Shown here in pieces: positions 15,572 through 25,808 of a DNA stretch of 43,774 bases. Under the pieces are notes generated by a model that made no database searches, was not told where the DNA came from, and saw nothing but the letters and a program-made list of their open reading frames with translations. The position numbers and the translations under genes were made by a program. Location of the stretch: the IMG/VR virus record IMGVR_UViG_3300033067_000634, positions 1-43,774 of that record. One strand, written 5' to 3'. Source of the DNA: a virus (taxonomy: Duplodnaviria; Caudoviricetes). The number at the start of each line of letters is the position of its first letter. Position 1 is the first letter of the stretch.

Positions 15572-16780
15572 TTAGCTTATAGTTATACCTTCTCCGTCAT
15601 CGGTCATTAATATATCTCCGTCATCAGTTAATAAATAATCTACTTCTGAAACAGCTGACATATCAACCAAATTAATTAATTCACTGTACCAGCACTGTGT
15701 TTCATCACAAACTTGAACATAAAACTTACCACAAGGCAAGTCTGAAATATCATCTCCATTATAGAAAACATAATCATACCCTAAATAAGTAGCTTGTTGT
15801 AATAATATTATCGGCAAATCATTCTCACATCCATCATCAACACCTATCAATTTAAATGACTGAATATTTCCTATTGAAGATGCTCTAAACATAAAAGGAA
15901 GCAACCGAGACTTGTCTGCTATTAAATAAAAATTGCAAGCTGACTCACAATAGCTTTTGTATCTTGTTTGCTTATCAACATCATCATAAAATCTAAATGC
16001 TGAAAATAATGATGGGTCTAATGCAGGATATACCGTGTCTGCGTTTTCAATTAAAACAACCTCGAACACTTCAGAGTAAAATATTATACCGTTTTCATCC
16101 TCAATAGTAGAATACCACTTACCGCAATCAAACTGTTTTGGTATGCAATTACTTATAGAACCACCGTTGTATGTTAAATAAATATCTCCGTTCTCCTCTG
16201 TGTGTTTATTAATATAGGCAGCACAACTACTAATATCCAACTCAGTTCCTGTGCTTTCATCAACTCCACCAGAAAAGTTTTGAGGAGTATTTGTACAAGT
16301 AATGCTGCCAGATGTAGTAGCAGATATTGCAACTCCGTTCAATGAATCACCGCTTCCAACAGGAGCTGTAAATTCTATCGAATTGCCAACTCTTTCTGCC
16401 TCAAAACCATTTATATTTGCGTTTACCGCTGTACATGTTGCGTCTAATGTAGCAGACAAAGAGCCAGCCCAAACGCCTGTACCTATAAGCCCATAACCGC
16501 TAACAAATATCTGTATATTACCAGCCCCAGTTGACGTAAAGTTTAATGTTGCTGATGCTAGTGTTTCTGGTATTGTTATATTGCCATCTAAATAAATAAC
16601 CTTCCATGTAGTTGGTGTTCCAAAGGCAGATGTCTTTATTTGGAAAGGCAAAATATCGTTACATACACTAGGTAGTGCAAAATCACACATAGCCGCGCAC
16701 GCGTTCTTAAACCTATTCTGTCTTGACAGAGAGTTATACCAACGAAATGCCGTATTTAATTCATCATAGATCATGGGCAA
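15572..16780 (-). CDS. Putative tail protein with an internal domain duplication
   Basis: The pattern FRxY...CxxxCxF...LPF...CGKxY...YSE occurs twice. Confidence 0.65.
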   Translation of the reverse strand: MPMIYDELNTAFRWYNSLSRQNRFKNACAAMCDFALPSVCNDILPFQIKTSAFGTPTTWKVIYLDGNITIPETLASATLNFTSTGAGNIQIFVSGYGLIGTGVWAGSLSATLDATCTAVNANINGFEAERVGNSIEFTAPVGSGDSLNGVAISATTSGSITCTNTPQNFSGGVDESTGTELDISSCAAYINKHTEENGDIYLTYNGGSISNCIPKQFDCGKWYSTIEDENGIIFYSEVFEVVLIENADTVYPALDPSLFSAFRFYDDVDKQTRYKSYCESACNFYLIADKSRLLPFMFRASSIGNIQSFKLIGVDDGCENDLPIILLQQATYLGYDYVFYNGDDISDLPCGKFYVQVCDETQCWYSELINLVDMSAVSEVDYLLTDDGDILMTDDGEGITIS

Positions 16781-19373
16781 GATTGACTGTCATTGTATCA
16801 CTCTTTAAATCAAATTCGTATTTTATCACCTGACCATTGCCTACACTTGTTTTTACCAAGTCGGTTACAGGATTTAATGTATCTGAACAGCAAAATGGGA
16901 ACTTAACTGAGTCCTGTTTTTTAAATCTTATTGCAGATAAAAAAACCTGAGCTTGTAAATTCATTCTTCCTTCTAACAACACTCTTCCGTGTCTATGATA
17001 ATTATAATGTAAGTTAGCCCAACTTAAATGAGCGTTAGGTAATATTAAACCACTTATCAGTCCGGCCTCTTCTGATAGTGTATATTTAGCACCATCATAA
17101 TCATTTGCCATCAAAGTAAAACCACCGTCATTAACAGCATTGTCTCCTGATAATAAGAAAATAATATCTGTGGTTATGTCTGTCGCGCCTTTCTCGCTTA
17201 CGTTTGTTAATGGGTCAAGATTAACGCATGAGCCAGAATAGCTTATTTCAGCCCCAACAAAATCTGTATTAAGCGATTGATTCCACTTGAATCTTTCAAA
17301 TCGAGGGGCTTCTATTTTATCGTAATAATAAATGTTTTTCCCCTTAATATATTGCAGGTAATTGCCTCCCGTCAAATCAATATGAACAGTCCGCAAAAAC
17401 CAAGAATAATGCTCTATTCTAACATATCCATTTTCAATAAACCAAAAACAGTTAAATACTTCGAACAAAAGTTTTTCTATAAACTCCCATGATATTTTTG
17501 TTTTAGTATCAGCTACTTTTGTGCCGGCTAATATATCAGCTATATAAAGAATATCAAATGTTGGTACAATCGAAATGTATTTAATTTTATTAACGTCATT
17601 TGTTACATAATTTGTACCTGAAACATAACCCGGAGTATCTCCAACTGGATTCCATTGAAAAAAATCACTTCTAACATCATTTATGTCCGGACAAATTTCA
17701 TCCTTAATAGAATTAATTGCGTTTTGCAATAAGAAGTTAATACTAAATGTTTCTGAATTATCTTGGCAATAGTAAAAAGGTGGCTCTCCGTTATATCCGC
17801 AGTCTGCAATTTGAACCCAATCACATCCGCAATTAGAGGCGTTTCTAACAGCAACAATACCTTCGCCGGCACTTCCGTCCCACGTTACTAATATCTTATA
17901 TGTTCCTTGTCCACTAGTAATTGTTCCTCCTTCTACATACCAAGTAAAAACGCCTGAATCGCTATCAGAAATTTCATAGTAAGTAACGTCAGACTTGCAT
18001 ACGCTAGTTGCTCCGTATGGCGTTGGTGTTGTTTTTTTTGCTACTACGGTAACAGTAATTCCGGGAGTATTTAAACTATCCCTTGCTGCCCCACCATTCC
18101 ATATCACAGTAACAGTTCCAACGGTTAAACCAGTTAAAGAAAAATTACCGTGAGTGCCTTGACCTTGTGTCGCGCTTATTGTAGCCGTTCCTGTACCGCC
18201 TGATATTATCGCTATTCTCCCAGTCTCTCCGTTTAAGTAATAATCGGCTGTTTCGCCTACGCATATTTCAAGGTTTCCAACAATCTCTACATCATCGTTA
18301 TACTCAGAGCAACCAGAACCGGCACATGTAGTAAATGTTTGCGTTACCGTTGAACTCGCTCCGCAAGGAGTTGTTTCAGTTACTGTAACAGAGCCGTTAT
18401 TTTGAATAGACACCGTTACCGCTGAAGTAGAACCACCGCTTGAAATTGAGTTACCAGAACCAGTAATACCCCATGAATATGTTGCGTTTGTCTTAGGGTG
18501 TTTAACGTAATAATATTCTGTTGTAGTTGATGTAACTTGTACTATTTCTTTACCTAAAATTATAGGATCTGGAGTAGAATTAGACTTAGTCACGTATATT
18601 GGCTTTGCCGGTACTGGAGTTCCATTATCACAAAATCCGGGTATTACATCAGGGTTAGGATTATATGTAACAACTGTTTGCGGTATGCGAACCCACCTAC
18701 TTAAACCTTCAGTTGCACAACTTGGTGGATTTCCTGTATCTTGAACCCACCCTGCACCAACCGGAGCGACTGCTACACCGTCTTCGCAAGGTATGACAGC
18801 TACCTCCCTATAATAAATAGTTGTTGTTGTGCTTCCTGTTGTTTCAGTATGAAAAGGTAGCCATGTTGTTGTTGGACTCGGGCTTGGTCTTGACGCATTA
18901 CAATTACCTACCGTGTTTCTACAAACATAGTATTCATATATCGCATCCGGCACGTTTCCACTTGAACTTGTTTGTCCAGAAACCTCATTAAAACTTATTT
19001 CTGTCTTAAGTCCTTCAATAAAGCACCTATAATCATCGTCAGGTTGTACTTCAACTGTAAAAATACACCTGTCAATGTCAAATGTGCCATCTGTTGTACT
19101 AAAATATCCGTTATAAAAATCAGAATACGTAACGCCTTTATCGCATGACTGCGTTATCCTTATTGATATTTCATCACACCTTCCTGTATCATCATCGTCA
19201 ATAGCCTTAAAATAAGCGTAATCGTCATTTATAAATGTTAATTTACCTTCTAGTTTTTCACGTAAAAATATACGACCATCTTCTACCTCTGCGGTAGTTT
19301 TAAGTTTATCAACTCCTAGCGGATGAACCTCTGTTTCATCACCATTATATGTTACGTAAAACCTGTATTTCAT
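16764..19373 (-). CDS. Large tail/baseplate protein with Ig/PKD-like domains
   Basis: Follows the TMP; YSWGITG and FTWYVEGGTITSGQGT PKD-like segments; Cys-rich. Confidence 0.7.
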   Translation of the reverse strand: MKYRFYVTYNGDETEVHPLGVDKLKTTAEVEDGRIFLREKLEGKLTFINDDYAYFKAIDDDDTGRCDEISIRITQSCDKGVTYSDFYNGYFSTTDGTFDIDRCIFTVEVQPDDDYRCFIEGLKTEISFNEVSGQTSSSGNVPDAIYEYYVCRNTVGNCNASRPSPSPTTTWLPFHTETTGSTTTTIYYREVAVIPCEDGVAVAPVGAGWVQDTGNPPSCATEGLSRWVRIPQTVVTYNPNPDVIPGFCDNGTPVPAKPIYVTKSNSTPDPIILGKEIVQVTSTTTEYYYVKHPKTNATYSWGITGSGNSISSGGSTSAVTVSIQNNGSVTVTETTPCGASSTVTQTFTTCAGSGCSEYNDDVEIVGNLEICVGETADYYLNGETGRIAIISGGTGTATISATQGQGTHGNFSLTGLTVGTVTVIWNGGAARDSLNTPGITVTVVAKKTTPTPYGATSVCKSDVTYYEISDSDSGVFTWYVEGGTITSGQGTYKILVTWDGSAGEGIVAVRNASNCGCDWVQIADCGYNGEPPFYYCQDNSETFSINFLLQNAINSIKDEICPDINDVRSDFFQWNPVGDTPGYVSGTNYVTNDVNKIKYISIVPTFDILYIADILAGTKVADTKTKISWEFIEKLLFEVFNCFWFIENGYVRIEHYSWFLRTVHIDLTGGNYLQYIKGKNIYYYDKIEAPRFERFKWNQSLNTDFVGAEISYSGSCVNLDPLTNVSEKGATDITTDIIFLLSGDNAVNDGGFTLMANDYDGAKYTLSEEAGLISGLILPNAHLSWANLHYNYHRHGRVLLEGRMNLQAQVFLSAIRFKKQDSVKFPFCCSDTLNPVTDLVKTSVGNGQVIKYEFDLKSDTMTVNLAHDL

Positions 19374-21565
19374 TTTTTACGTCTTATTATGCGAGTTACA
19401 TTACCCTTCTTGATTATGCGTCCGTCTGGCGTTTCTGTAATATGTTCTTTGTTTGAAGATTCAGCTCTCCACGCCTTAAGTTCCTTCTCAATATTAGCCA
19501 ATCGCTTGTCTGATTCACTACGTATAGTAATTTGTTTTTGATCGTGCAGATCGTATGATTTCAAAATCTTTGCCGGCACATCTGGGTTTAAAGTAACACC
19601 AGTTCCTTTTAATAATGACGCTAAGTCAGCAAATCCAAGCTGCTGATCGTTATGTATGGCCTCAAATAAGCTGCGGTGCTTGGCTGTCTTTTCTTTAGTC
19701 ATAACGAACTCGCCCTTATGGACAATACCTGCTTCATCATATTTCCCTCCGTCTCCAGTATAACCACCCTCGGCAAATTCAACCCCGTTTATCTTAGCTA
19801 CATTTGCAAGACCAGCAGCAGTTGCAATAGCCGCAAAAATTCCACCTAATATCGGGCCGCCTAGGCTTGATCCAAATGCGAATGAATTTTGCGCAGATAA
19901 GTAAGTAGCGACTAACGCCTGTGCGCTAGCCCCAGCCTTTGTTTGCGCACCAAAAGCCGCCTCCAATTGAGCTATATTTTGGAATTGTTGAGACAAGCCC
20001 TGCAATTGTGAATTTAGTTGCGCTTGCTTAAGTGCTGATATTTTTGTTTCTGTGTCTTTTATTATAGCAAATCTTTCCTCTTCTGTAAATGCAACATTTT
20101 CAAGCAATACCTTTTGTTCGTCCTCTAACTGCTTTATTTTTATTTCAGTTTCTGTTTTCCCAAATGTTTCAAGAAATTGATTTCTAGCATCTTGATCTCT
20201 CTGTAAAATTAGGTTTTGCCTAAAAATTTTTGCCTCAAATTCTGTTAGTTGGTCATTATTAGACTTTTTTGTAATGTCCAATAATATATTAGCATCTTCG
20301 CTGGCGTTTTTTTGTATTAAATCTCTTAAATCTTCAGCCAATTTTTGCTCGTAAGCCTTTTGTTTTTTAGCTTCCTCGTTTGCTATTTTATCATTAGCTA
20401 ATTTTATTTCCTTTTGAGTTAATTCTTCTTGTTTTTTTATCGCATCATCAAATTGCTTAGCAACCTCATTTTCTTTTTTATTTAACTGCTCTAATTGTTT
20501 TATAGACTCCTCACCTTGCTTAGCCTGATTTTCTAACTCTTGGCTAGCTAATCCATCAAGCAACTTTGCCTTGTCCTTTTTTGATTGAACAGCATTTTTT
20601 AAAGCATCGTCAAGTGATTTTTTTTCTTGCGCGTTTTCAAAGCCCCTTAATTTAGCTAACTCATCAGCCTTTGCTTTTTCTATTTTCGACACCTCTAGGT
20701 TTCCCTTTAGTCTCAATCTCAATTCAGTTGCAGTTGCTGCACTAATTAGCCCGGCTTCTTCTTGTAGTGATATAGATATTTCAGCCAACTTCTGTATCAA
20801 ATCATCCCTAAGGGCATTTGCTACTCTTAAAGCCTCTGAATTATCAACGAATGCCGCAGTATCTTCTTTTGTTGCTGAGGCGGAATACAAAAAAGCAGCC
20901 CCAACAGCCCCAAGTGTTGTTGCTAATAACACGTATGGATTTGCCTGAGACACAAGATTAAATGCTTTTTGCGCTATTTCTGAATTTCGTATTTGTACTT
21001 GTAATACCTTAAACGTGTCCCCTAGTTCACCCAATGAACTAAGAAACTGACCAAATGCCATTGCGGCCTGTAACTTAACTAGAGTCTTTGTTGCATCTTC
21101 AGATGTAACTCCAAAAGCAGCTAATGCGCCTTGTCCCGCAGCAAATCCAGATATAATCGTTTGTGATAAATTTAAAAATGCTTTGGCCTTTGTATCCGGG
21201 TCTAATAATGCAATTGCTTGTTGTAGATCCTTTAGGTCAGCTTTTCTTTTGCCAGCCTCAGAAATAGCCTTAGCAAAGTCCTTTGTGCCTTCTCCAGCTT
21301 TTAAAGCAGCATTTTGAAAGTCCTTTATTTCCTTTTTTAACTTCTGTATTTCTGAAATCGGCTTAGCAACAGACGGAGCCATTTTCTCAAACGCGGCTTT
21401 TGTTTTTTCTGCAGCATCTGCACTAGCCTTAAACCCCCTCCCTTGCTCTGTACTAGCTTCCTTCGACTTCTTACTAAGATCGTCATAAGCCTTTCCAACA
21501 GAAGCAACGCCCTGATTGGCTTCGGTAACGCCTTCGTTTATTATCCGTAAAATTACATCAGCCAT
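19370..21565 (-). CDS. Tail tape measure protein
   Basis: Ala/Lys/Glu-rich coiled coil with C-terminal FAEGGYTGDGG..AGIVHKGEFV. Confidence 0.9.
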   Translation of the reverse strand: MADVILRIINEGVTEANQGVASVGKAYDDLSKKSKEASTEQGRGFKASADAAEKTKAAFEKMAPSVAKPISEIQKLKKEIKDFQNAALKAGEGTKDFAKAISEAGKRKADLKDLQQAIALLDPDTKAKAFLNLSQTIISGFAAGQGALAAFGVTSEDATKTLVKLQAAMAFGQFLSSLGELGDTFKVLQVQIRNSEIAQKAFNLVSQANPYVLLATTLGAVGAAFLYSASATKEDTAAFVDNSEALRVANALRDDLIQKLAEISISLQEEAGLISAATATELRLRLKGNLEVSKIEKAKADELAKLRGFENAQEKKSLDDALKNAVQSKKDKAKLLDGLASQELENQAKQGEESIKQLEQLNKKENEVAKQFDDAIKKQEELTQKEIKLANDKIANEEAKKQKAYEQKLAEDLRDLIQKNASEDANILLDITKKSNNDQLTEFEAKIFRQNLILQRDQDARNQFLETFGKTETEIKIKQLEDEQKVLLENVAFTEEERFAIIKDTETKISALKQAQLNSQLQGLSQQFQNIAQLEAAFGAQTKAGASAQALVATYLSAQNSFAFGSSLGGPILGGIFAAIATAAGLANVAKINGVEFAEGGYTGDGGKYDEAGIVHKGEFVMTKEKTAKHRSLFEAIHNDQQLGFADLASLLKGTGVTLNPDVPAKILKSYDLHDQKQITIRSESDKRLANIEKELKAWRAESSNKEHITETPDGRIIKKGNVTRIIRRKK

Positions 21566-21737
21566 TTATCAGTTTTTTATTTGCTTCGAGTACATAAAAG
21601 AACTCAAATGTGTCCATACGGTTTAACTCACGGTATTGTACTGCATCCCCTTTTGCTACCCTCCATAAAATATTTGTCCATTGAGATTCCATCAATTCCT
21701 TTTGTCTGCTTATTATCGTTTCTTTTGGTCTTTTTTT
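21553..21737 (-). CDS. -1 frameshift extension of the tail assembly chaperone (gpT-like)
   Basis: After GTA AAA AAA the -1 frame is open (RPKETIISRQKELMESQWTNILW...KWLM*) up to the TMP start. Confidence 0.7.
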
Positions 21738-22237
21738 ACTTCCGTTTGTGAATGAATTTGGGAAAGTACTTTGTAAGCGAGAGAAAAATCCGGTATAGAA
21801 TTGATGGCTAATTGAAAAAAAGGGAATATATCATACCCCTCTGCCTCCCAATCAGCGATTTTCTCGTCTATCATTTCCTCAGTAATTACTTTCTCATCTT
21901 CACCATCAGCATTAATAAATAAAGCACAAATTCTTAAAGCCGGTATTTGTCTACTTTCAATAGTTTTAATACCCGCTAAAATGTTATGCAATTTCACCGC
22001 TGTATTAGCAAACTCAGACTTATTAACCAAATCATAAGCCGCTTTTACATTGTCATAAATTTGCTTAAAGTTTGCACCATAACCAACTTCAATTTGTAAC
22101 TTTTCATACATACGGTATCTATCAAAAGACATAGACTTACGTATGTGGTAAGTCTTTCCGTTTGCTGTGAACTTCTTTTGTGTGAGGTCGAGTTCTTTTA
22201 ACGCTCCAGTATTCTTTTCAGGTTGCTTAGTAGCCAT
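21713..22237 (-). CDS. Tail assembly chaperone (gpG-like)
   Basis: Upstream of the TMP, with a slippery A7 run near its 3' end. Confidence 0.7.
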   Translation of the reverse strand: MATKQPEKNTGALKELDLTQKKFTANGKTYHIRKSMSFDRYRMYEKLQIEVGYGANFKQIYDNVKAAYDLVNKSEFANTAVKLHNILAGIKTIESRQIPALRICALFINADGEDEKVITEEMIDEKIADWEAEGYDIFPFFQLAINSIPDFSLAYKVLSQIHSQTEVKKDQKKR

Positions 22238-22500
22238 GTAATTAGTATTGATGAACAGATAAAAAATATGTGCATAACTAGATCATACTGACATGCGCGA
22301 AACTTATATACGTAAAACCATAAAGCCAATTGACCAGATACGCACTTTGAGCATCCTATTACAGGATAAAACAGCCATTCAGGTAAAGTTCTCTCTAAGA
22401 ATAAATACAGCTTATTGAATACCATTTTAGGTTCTGTAAGCAACTCTGCATATACAAAAGCAATAACAACACAAACTACTATGTAATAATGAAACATCAT
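22198..22500 (-). CDS. Small membrane protein with CxxC
   Basis: TM segments and GCSKCVSGQ. Confidence 0.6.
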   Translation of the reverse strand: MMFHYYIVVCVVIAFVYAELLTEPKMVFNKLYLFLERTLPEWLFYPVIGCSKCVSGQLALWFYVYKFRACQYDLVMHIFFICSSILITWLLSNLKRILER

Positions 22501-23108
22501 TTAGTATCGCATTCTGTTGGTGTACCTAAATCAAAATCATTTATACATGACTTAGAAATAGTGAACTCAACGGTTAAATCTAAAGCGTAATAATCAAACG
22601 GGAACATTAAGTATTGCGTTACCGCTTCATCGTAAGTATATTTTGAGAATATTGCAGAACTTTTAGGAGCTTCGGCAATACTTGTAATCTGTATGTTTTT
22701 ATACTCTCCTGAATTAAAACGACCAGACGGCAAAGCATTAATTAATTGCAATACTGCTTGCGCTGATACCGAGCAATCTGTTTTACCAAGTTTCTTTAGG
22801 TTAATCCATCCTACTAAACGCAACGAACTCCTGAATCTCCAATCTCTTTGAGTGGTGTTTACTGGTGCTACGCCTCCATCTTCGAAATAATGAATTGACT
22901 TGTAGCGTGAATTTGGTACAAGGTCTGTGTATTTCCCTGTTACGCAGTCTTTATGTGATACAGAGCAATCAATGGGATATACCTTTTTTATTGCATTTTG
23001 TTCCGATCCGGTAAAAAATGTCATTGGGCGCACAACGCTAGCTAACCTTTCAACAAAGTTTAGGTTATCAATGTAACTGCCTAATATTGTAGCTATTGCG
23101 TAGTTCAT
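22497..23108 (-). CDS. Putative tail completion/neck protein
   Basis: Position between the head-tail genes and the chaperone. Confidence 0.55.
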   Translation of the reverse strand: MNYAIATILGSYIDNLNFVERLASVVRPMTFFTGSEQNAIKKVYPIDCSVSHKDCVTGKYTDLVPNSRYKSIHYFEDGGVAPVNTTQRDWRFRSSLRLVGWINLKKLGKTDCSVSAQAVLQLINALPSGRFNSGEYKNIQITSIAEAPKSSAIFSKYTYDEAVTQYLMFPFDYYALDLTVEFTISKSCINDFDLGTPTECDTK

Positions 23109-23575
23109 CCTAAGCCTGATTCAGCAATTAATTTATCTAGTTCGGCATCGTAATCGGACGCGAGTTCTGCATCTTCCTGATCTGAAACTTTAAGGAAGTC
23201 CCCTATTTGTTCGGCATTCCAATCTATTTTATTCTTAGTAAACTCATCTCTGCCTCCTACAACAACCTCATACCCCCTAGATGTTATTCCGGTAGAAATA
23301 ATATCAGTTTGTCCCCACATCCCAGTTGTACCACCCTCTAATGTGAGATTCCTAAACGCAACTGTTCTCTCGCCTTTTTTATTAGCCTTGTATTTTTTAT
23401 ATGAAGGGGAGTACCCCGGAAACGAAACCAACTCATCGCTCAAACCTCTTTCCTGTATTCTATCTTGTATCTTCTGCTTTGCAGTCAGAGCAATAGTCTG
23501 AGTAATCTCAGGAATATTCTCAGCTATCAATTTAGCTAAGTTATCCAACGCTTCAGAGGCTTGTTCCGGTGTCAT
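23105..23575 (-). CDS. Putative neck/tail completion (virion morphogenesis) protein
   Basis: YSPSYKKYK..NLTL..G.M pattern; position. Confidence 0.55.
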   Translation of the reverse strand: MTPEQASEALDNLAKLIAENIPEITQTIALTAKQKIQDRIQERGLSDELVSFPGYSPSYKKYKANKKGERTVAFRNLTLEGGTTGMWGQTDIISTGITSRGYEVVVGGRDEFTKNKIDWNAEQIGDFLKVSDQEDAELASDYDAELDKLIAESGLG

Positions 23576-24699
23576 GCGAATATTCCTACTTTCAATAGGT
23601 CGTTAAAATCGTTACATTCTAAACAGTCGTTTGCGCCTAAATTTATATTCTGTGTAATGAAGTCAAGGCGTTTATTGTACTCGGTAATGTATGTATTCTT
23701 TTTACCCATCAAACGCTCGCGATCTGTCATTGTGTACCGGTTTATGTTACCACTAGCCAAAATAGAATCGATCAATGAAGCTGCTGCGCGGTATTGTATT
23801 GCCGCTGCCATTGTAGCCGCGTTTTCATTGGTGTCGAAGTCGATAGTTTCCTTACACAATAAGTCCTGAATCTTGCATTTGAAATCAACGTCCAAAACCA
23901 ATCCTTGCAGATATTGGGTATTACCCCAGTTTTCTCTATCCGATAAAGTGCTTCCGCTTGTACCGGTAAGCATAACAAACTCACTCCATCTGTACTTCTC
24001 ATAAGGAGGAAACGCTCTGAATGTTGGTGCATTGGCATTGAAATAATAAGCATAGTGTCCACCTCCGCAACCGCATGAACCCTTTACATCTTTAGGTTTA
24101 AAAGCCTGTTTAGCATAAAGCAACCAATAACGAGGGCTTTCATTGCCGTAGTTATTCATATCTAAGTTCAACGGAGAGGCTAGGTCATACCACGTTAAAC
24201 GGTTTACGTTAGCGTGTACATCGAACTGATCCACTACATCATCGCTAAGGTTATCGTAAACGTATATAGTAAAGTCTACTGTTGAATCGAAAACCAATCC
24301 AATTCGTTTAACAGACATAATACCACCAATGATATTTTGTGTATAAATCTGTATTCCTGCATAGTCACCATTGATATCTAATGTGTTCTTAAAATCAGTA
24401 CCTCCCATTAAACCACTCCAAGGCTTACGCTTATGTTTGTACTCCATAAGCAACTTAGCCATCATATCGGTCTTAAACGATAAGATAGCGTTGCTGCGTG
24501 CTTTATCGAGCATATCCCAAACATTTCCCTGCTCACAATCCGCAGCCATATCGACTACGTTTAAACTCAATCCTTCGGTCTCATCTAAATACCTTCCTGA
24601 GGTGCTTACATCAGACTGAAATGATTTAGGGTCGAAACAATCGCAAGCCGTCCGGCTCAATCCTATAATATTATCTAAGCAATGTGGGACTGTTGACAT
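23572..24699 (-). CDS. Putative head-tail connector/structural protein
   Basis: Directly downstream of the capsid gene; Cys-rich. Confidence 0.55.
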   Translation of the reverse strand: MSTVPHCLDNIIGLSRTACDCFDPKSFQSDVSTSGRYLDETEGLSLNVVDMAADCEQGNVWDMLDKARSNAILSFKTDMMAKLLMEYKHKRKPWSGLMGGTDFKNTLDINGDYAGIQIYTQNIIGGIMSVKRIGLVFDSTVDFTIYVYDNLSDDVVDQFDVHANVNRLTWYDLASPLNLDMNNYGNESPRYWLLYAKQAFKPKDVKGSCGCGGGHYAYYFNANAPTFRAFPPYEKYRWSEFVMLTGTSGSTLSDRENWGNTQYLQGLVLDVDFKCKIQDLLCKETIDFDTNENAATMAAAIQYRAAASLIDSILASGNINRYTMTDRERLMGKKNTYITEYNKRLDFITQNINLGANDCLECNDFNDLLKVGIFA

Positions 24700-24713
24700 G
24701 GATGGTTATTTAT

Positions 24714-24751
24714 AAAAAAGGGAGGAAAGTTTTTATTTTCCCTCCCCTTTT
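24714..24751 (-). terminator. Intrinsic terminator after the major capsid gene
   Basis: Minus strand GGGGAGGGAAA...TTTCCTCCC followed by a T run. Confidence 0.7.
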
Positions 24752-24772
24752 ATTGCACAATTAACTAACTAA

Positions 24773-25795
24773 TTAACAAACGAACTTCAAGATGTTTGTG
24801 TCGTTGATGTTACAACCAACTGGGTTACGGAATATACCTCCGTGGAATTGGATTTTCCAGTTGTGAGTGATAACATCAGAAGCACAAGAAATTTTGTGGA
24901 TTACGTCATAGAATACGCCAGGCAAGTTCTTAGACTCAATTTGGTAACGATACCCTGTTGAGCTTCCTGAACCACCCCATTTTTCAGCTTGTGGATCTCC
25001 TGCATTCCAGTTGTAATAAGTTTTGCTATGGAAAGCCAAAGCGTTCTTATTTACAAGGAATGTTACTTGATCTGCAAGTGTAGAATCAATGTTGAAAATG
25101 TCATTGTAGATTGGGAACATACCAAACAAAGTTGCTGCTCCTTTTCCATCTGAATTTCCTGCATTAGCCATTGCGTTCAATTTAGCTTCATACAAGTTTG
25201 CTCCTGAAATCAAATAAGGTGCGCTAAATTTATTATAGTCAGCAACTAATTTAAGATAAGGAAACAGAGAAGCATTCCAGTATGCAGGGTTAACAGTAGT
25301 AGTGAAACCACTAACAGTACCTTTTCCACCTGTATAAGCATTAACGCCTTTACCTGCTTCAAGTTTATTAACCGCTTGTACTGTGATGTACTCGTCAAGC
25401 ACTTTCATTTTGCGCAACAAACTTACTGCTACTGCTTCCTCGAAAGTAGGAGCGATTGTACGGTAAGTTTTTTCTGTTACTGCAAATTCAACCTCACGGC
25501 AAATGTCAAGGGTGTAATCCTGACAAGATGTTCCAGGAAGTGAGCCTGCTGTTGCACAGTCATTTGAACAAGCTGCTGTGGTTGTATCACATTCAGTTGG
25601 CCAATAAATTGTAACTGTTTTATCCTTCATAGGATTAGTCAGTTCTTCAATCATTACTGATTGGTTTTCGCGGATTGCGGTTAGCGTTTGTACGCTTCCG
25701 ATAAAATCCTTGTTTCTTGCAGCGTCAGCCCAAAGACCGTCAGCGGCTCTTTGAACGTAAGCAAGTGTTGCACATGTATTTACTCCTGCACTCAT
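24773..25795 (-). CDS. Major capsid protein
   Basis: 340 aa, after a scaffold-like gene and before a terminator. Confidence 0.75.
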   Translation of the reverse strand: MSAGVNTCATLAYVQRAADGLWADAARNKDFIGSVQTLTAIRENQSVMIEELTNPMKDKTVTIYWPTECDTTTAACSNDCATAGSLPGTSCQDYTLDICREVEFAVTEKTYRTIAPTFEEAVAVSLLRKMKVLDEYITVQAVNKLEAGKGVNAYTGGKGTVSGFTTTVNPAYWNASLFPYLKLVADYNKFSAPYLISGANLYEAKLNAMANAGNSDGKGAATLFGMFPIYNDIFNIDSTLADQVTFLVNKNALAFHSKTYYNWNAGDPQAEKWGGSGSSTGYRYQIESKNLPGVFYDVIHKISCASDVITHNWKIQFHGGIFRNPVGCNINDTNILKFVC

Positions 25796-25808
25796 GGTTT
25801 TTTAGTTT

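Noticed and set aside
11703-19373. Diversity-generating retroelement or invertible tail-fibre system
   Set aside because: No reverse transcriptase, TR/VR pair or inverted fibre alleles seen; the internal repeats are ordinary protein repeats.
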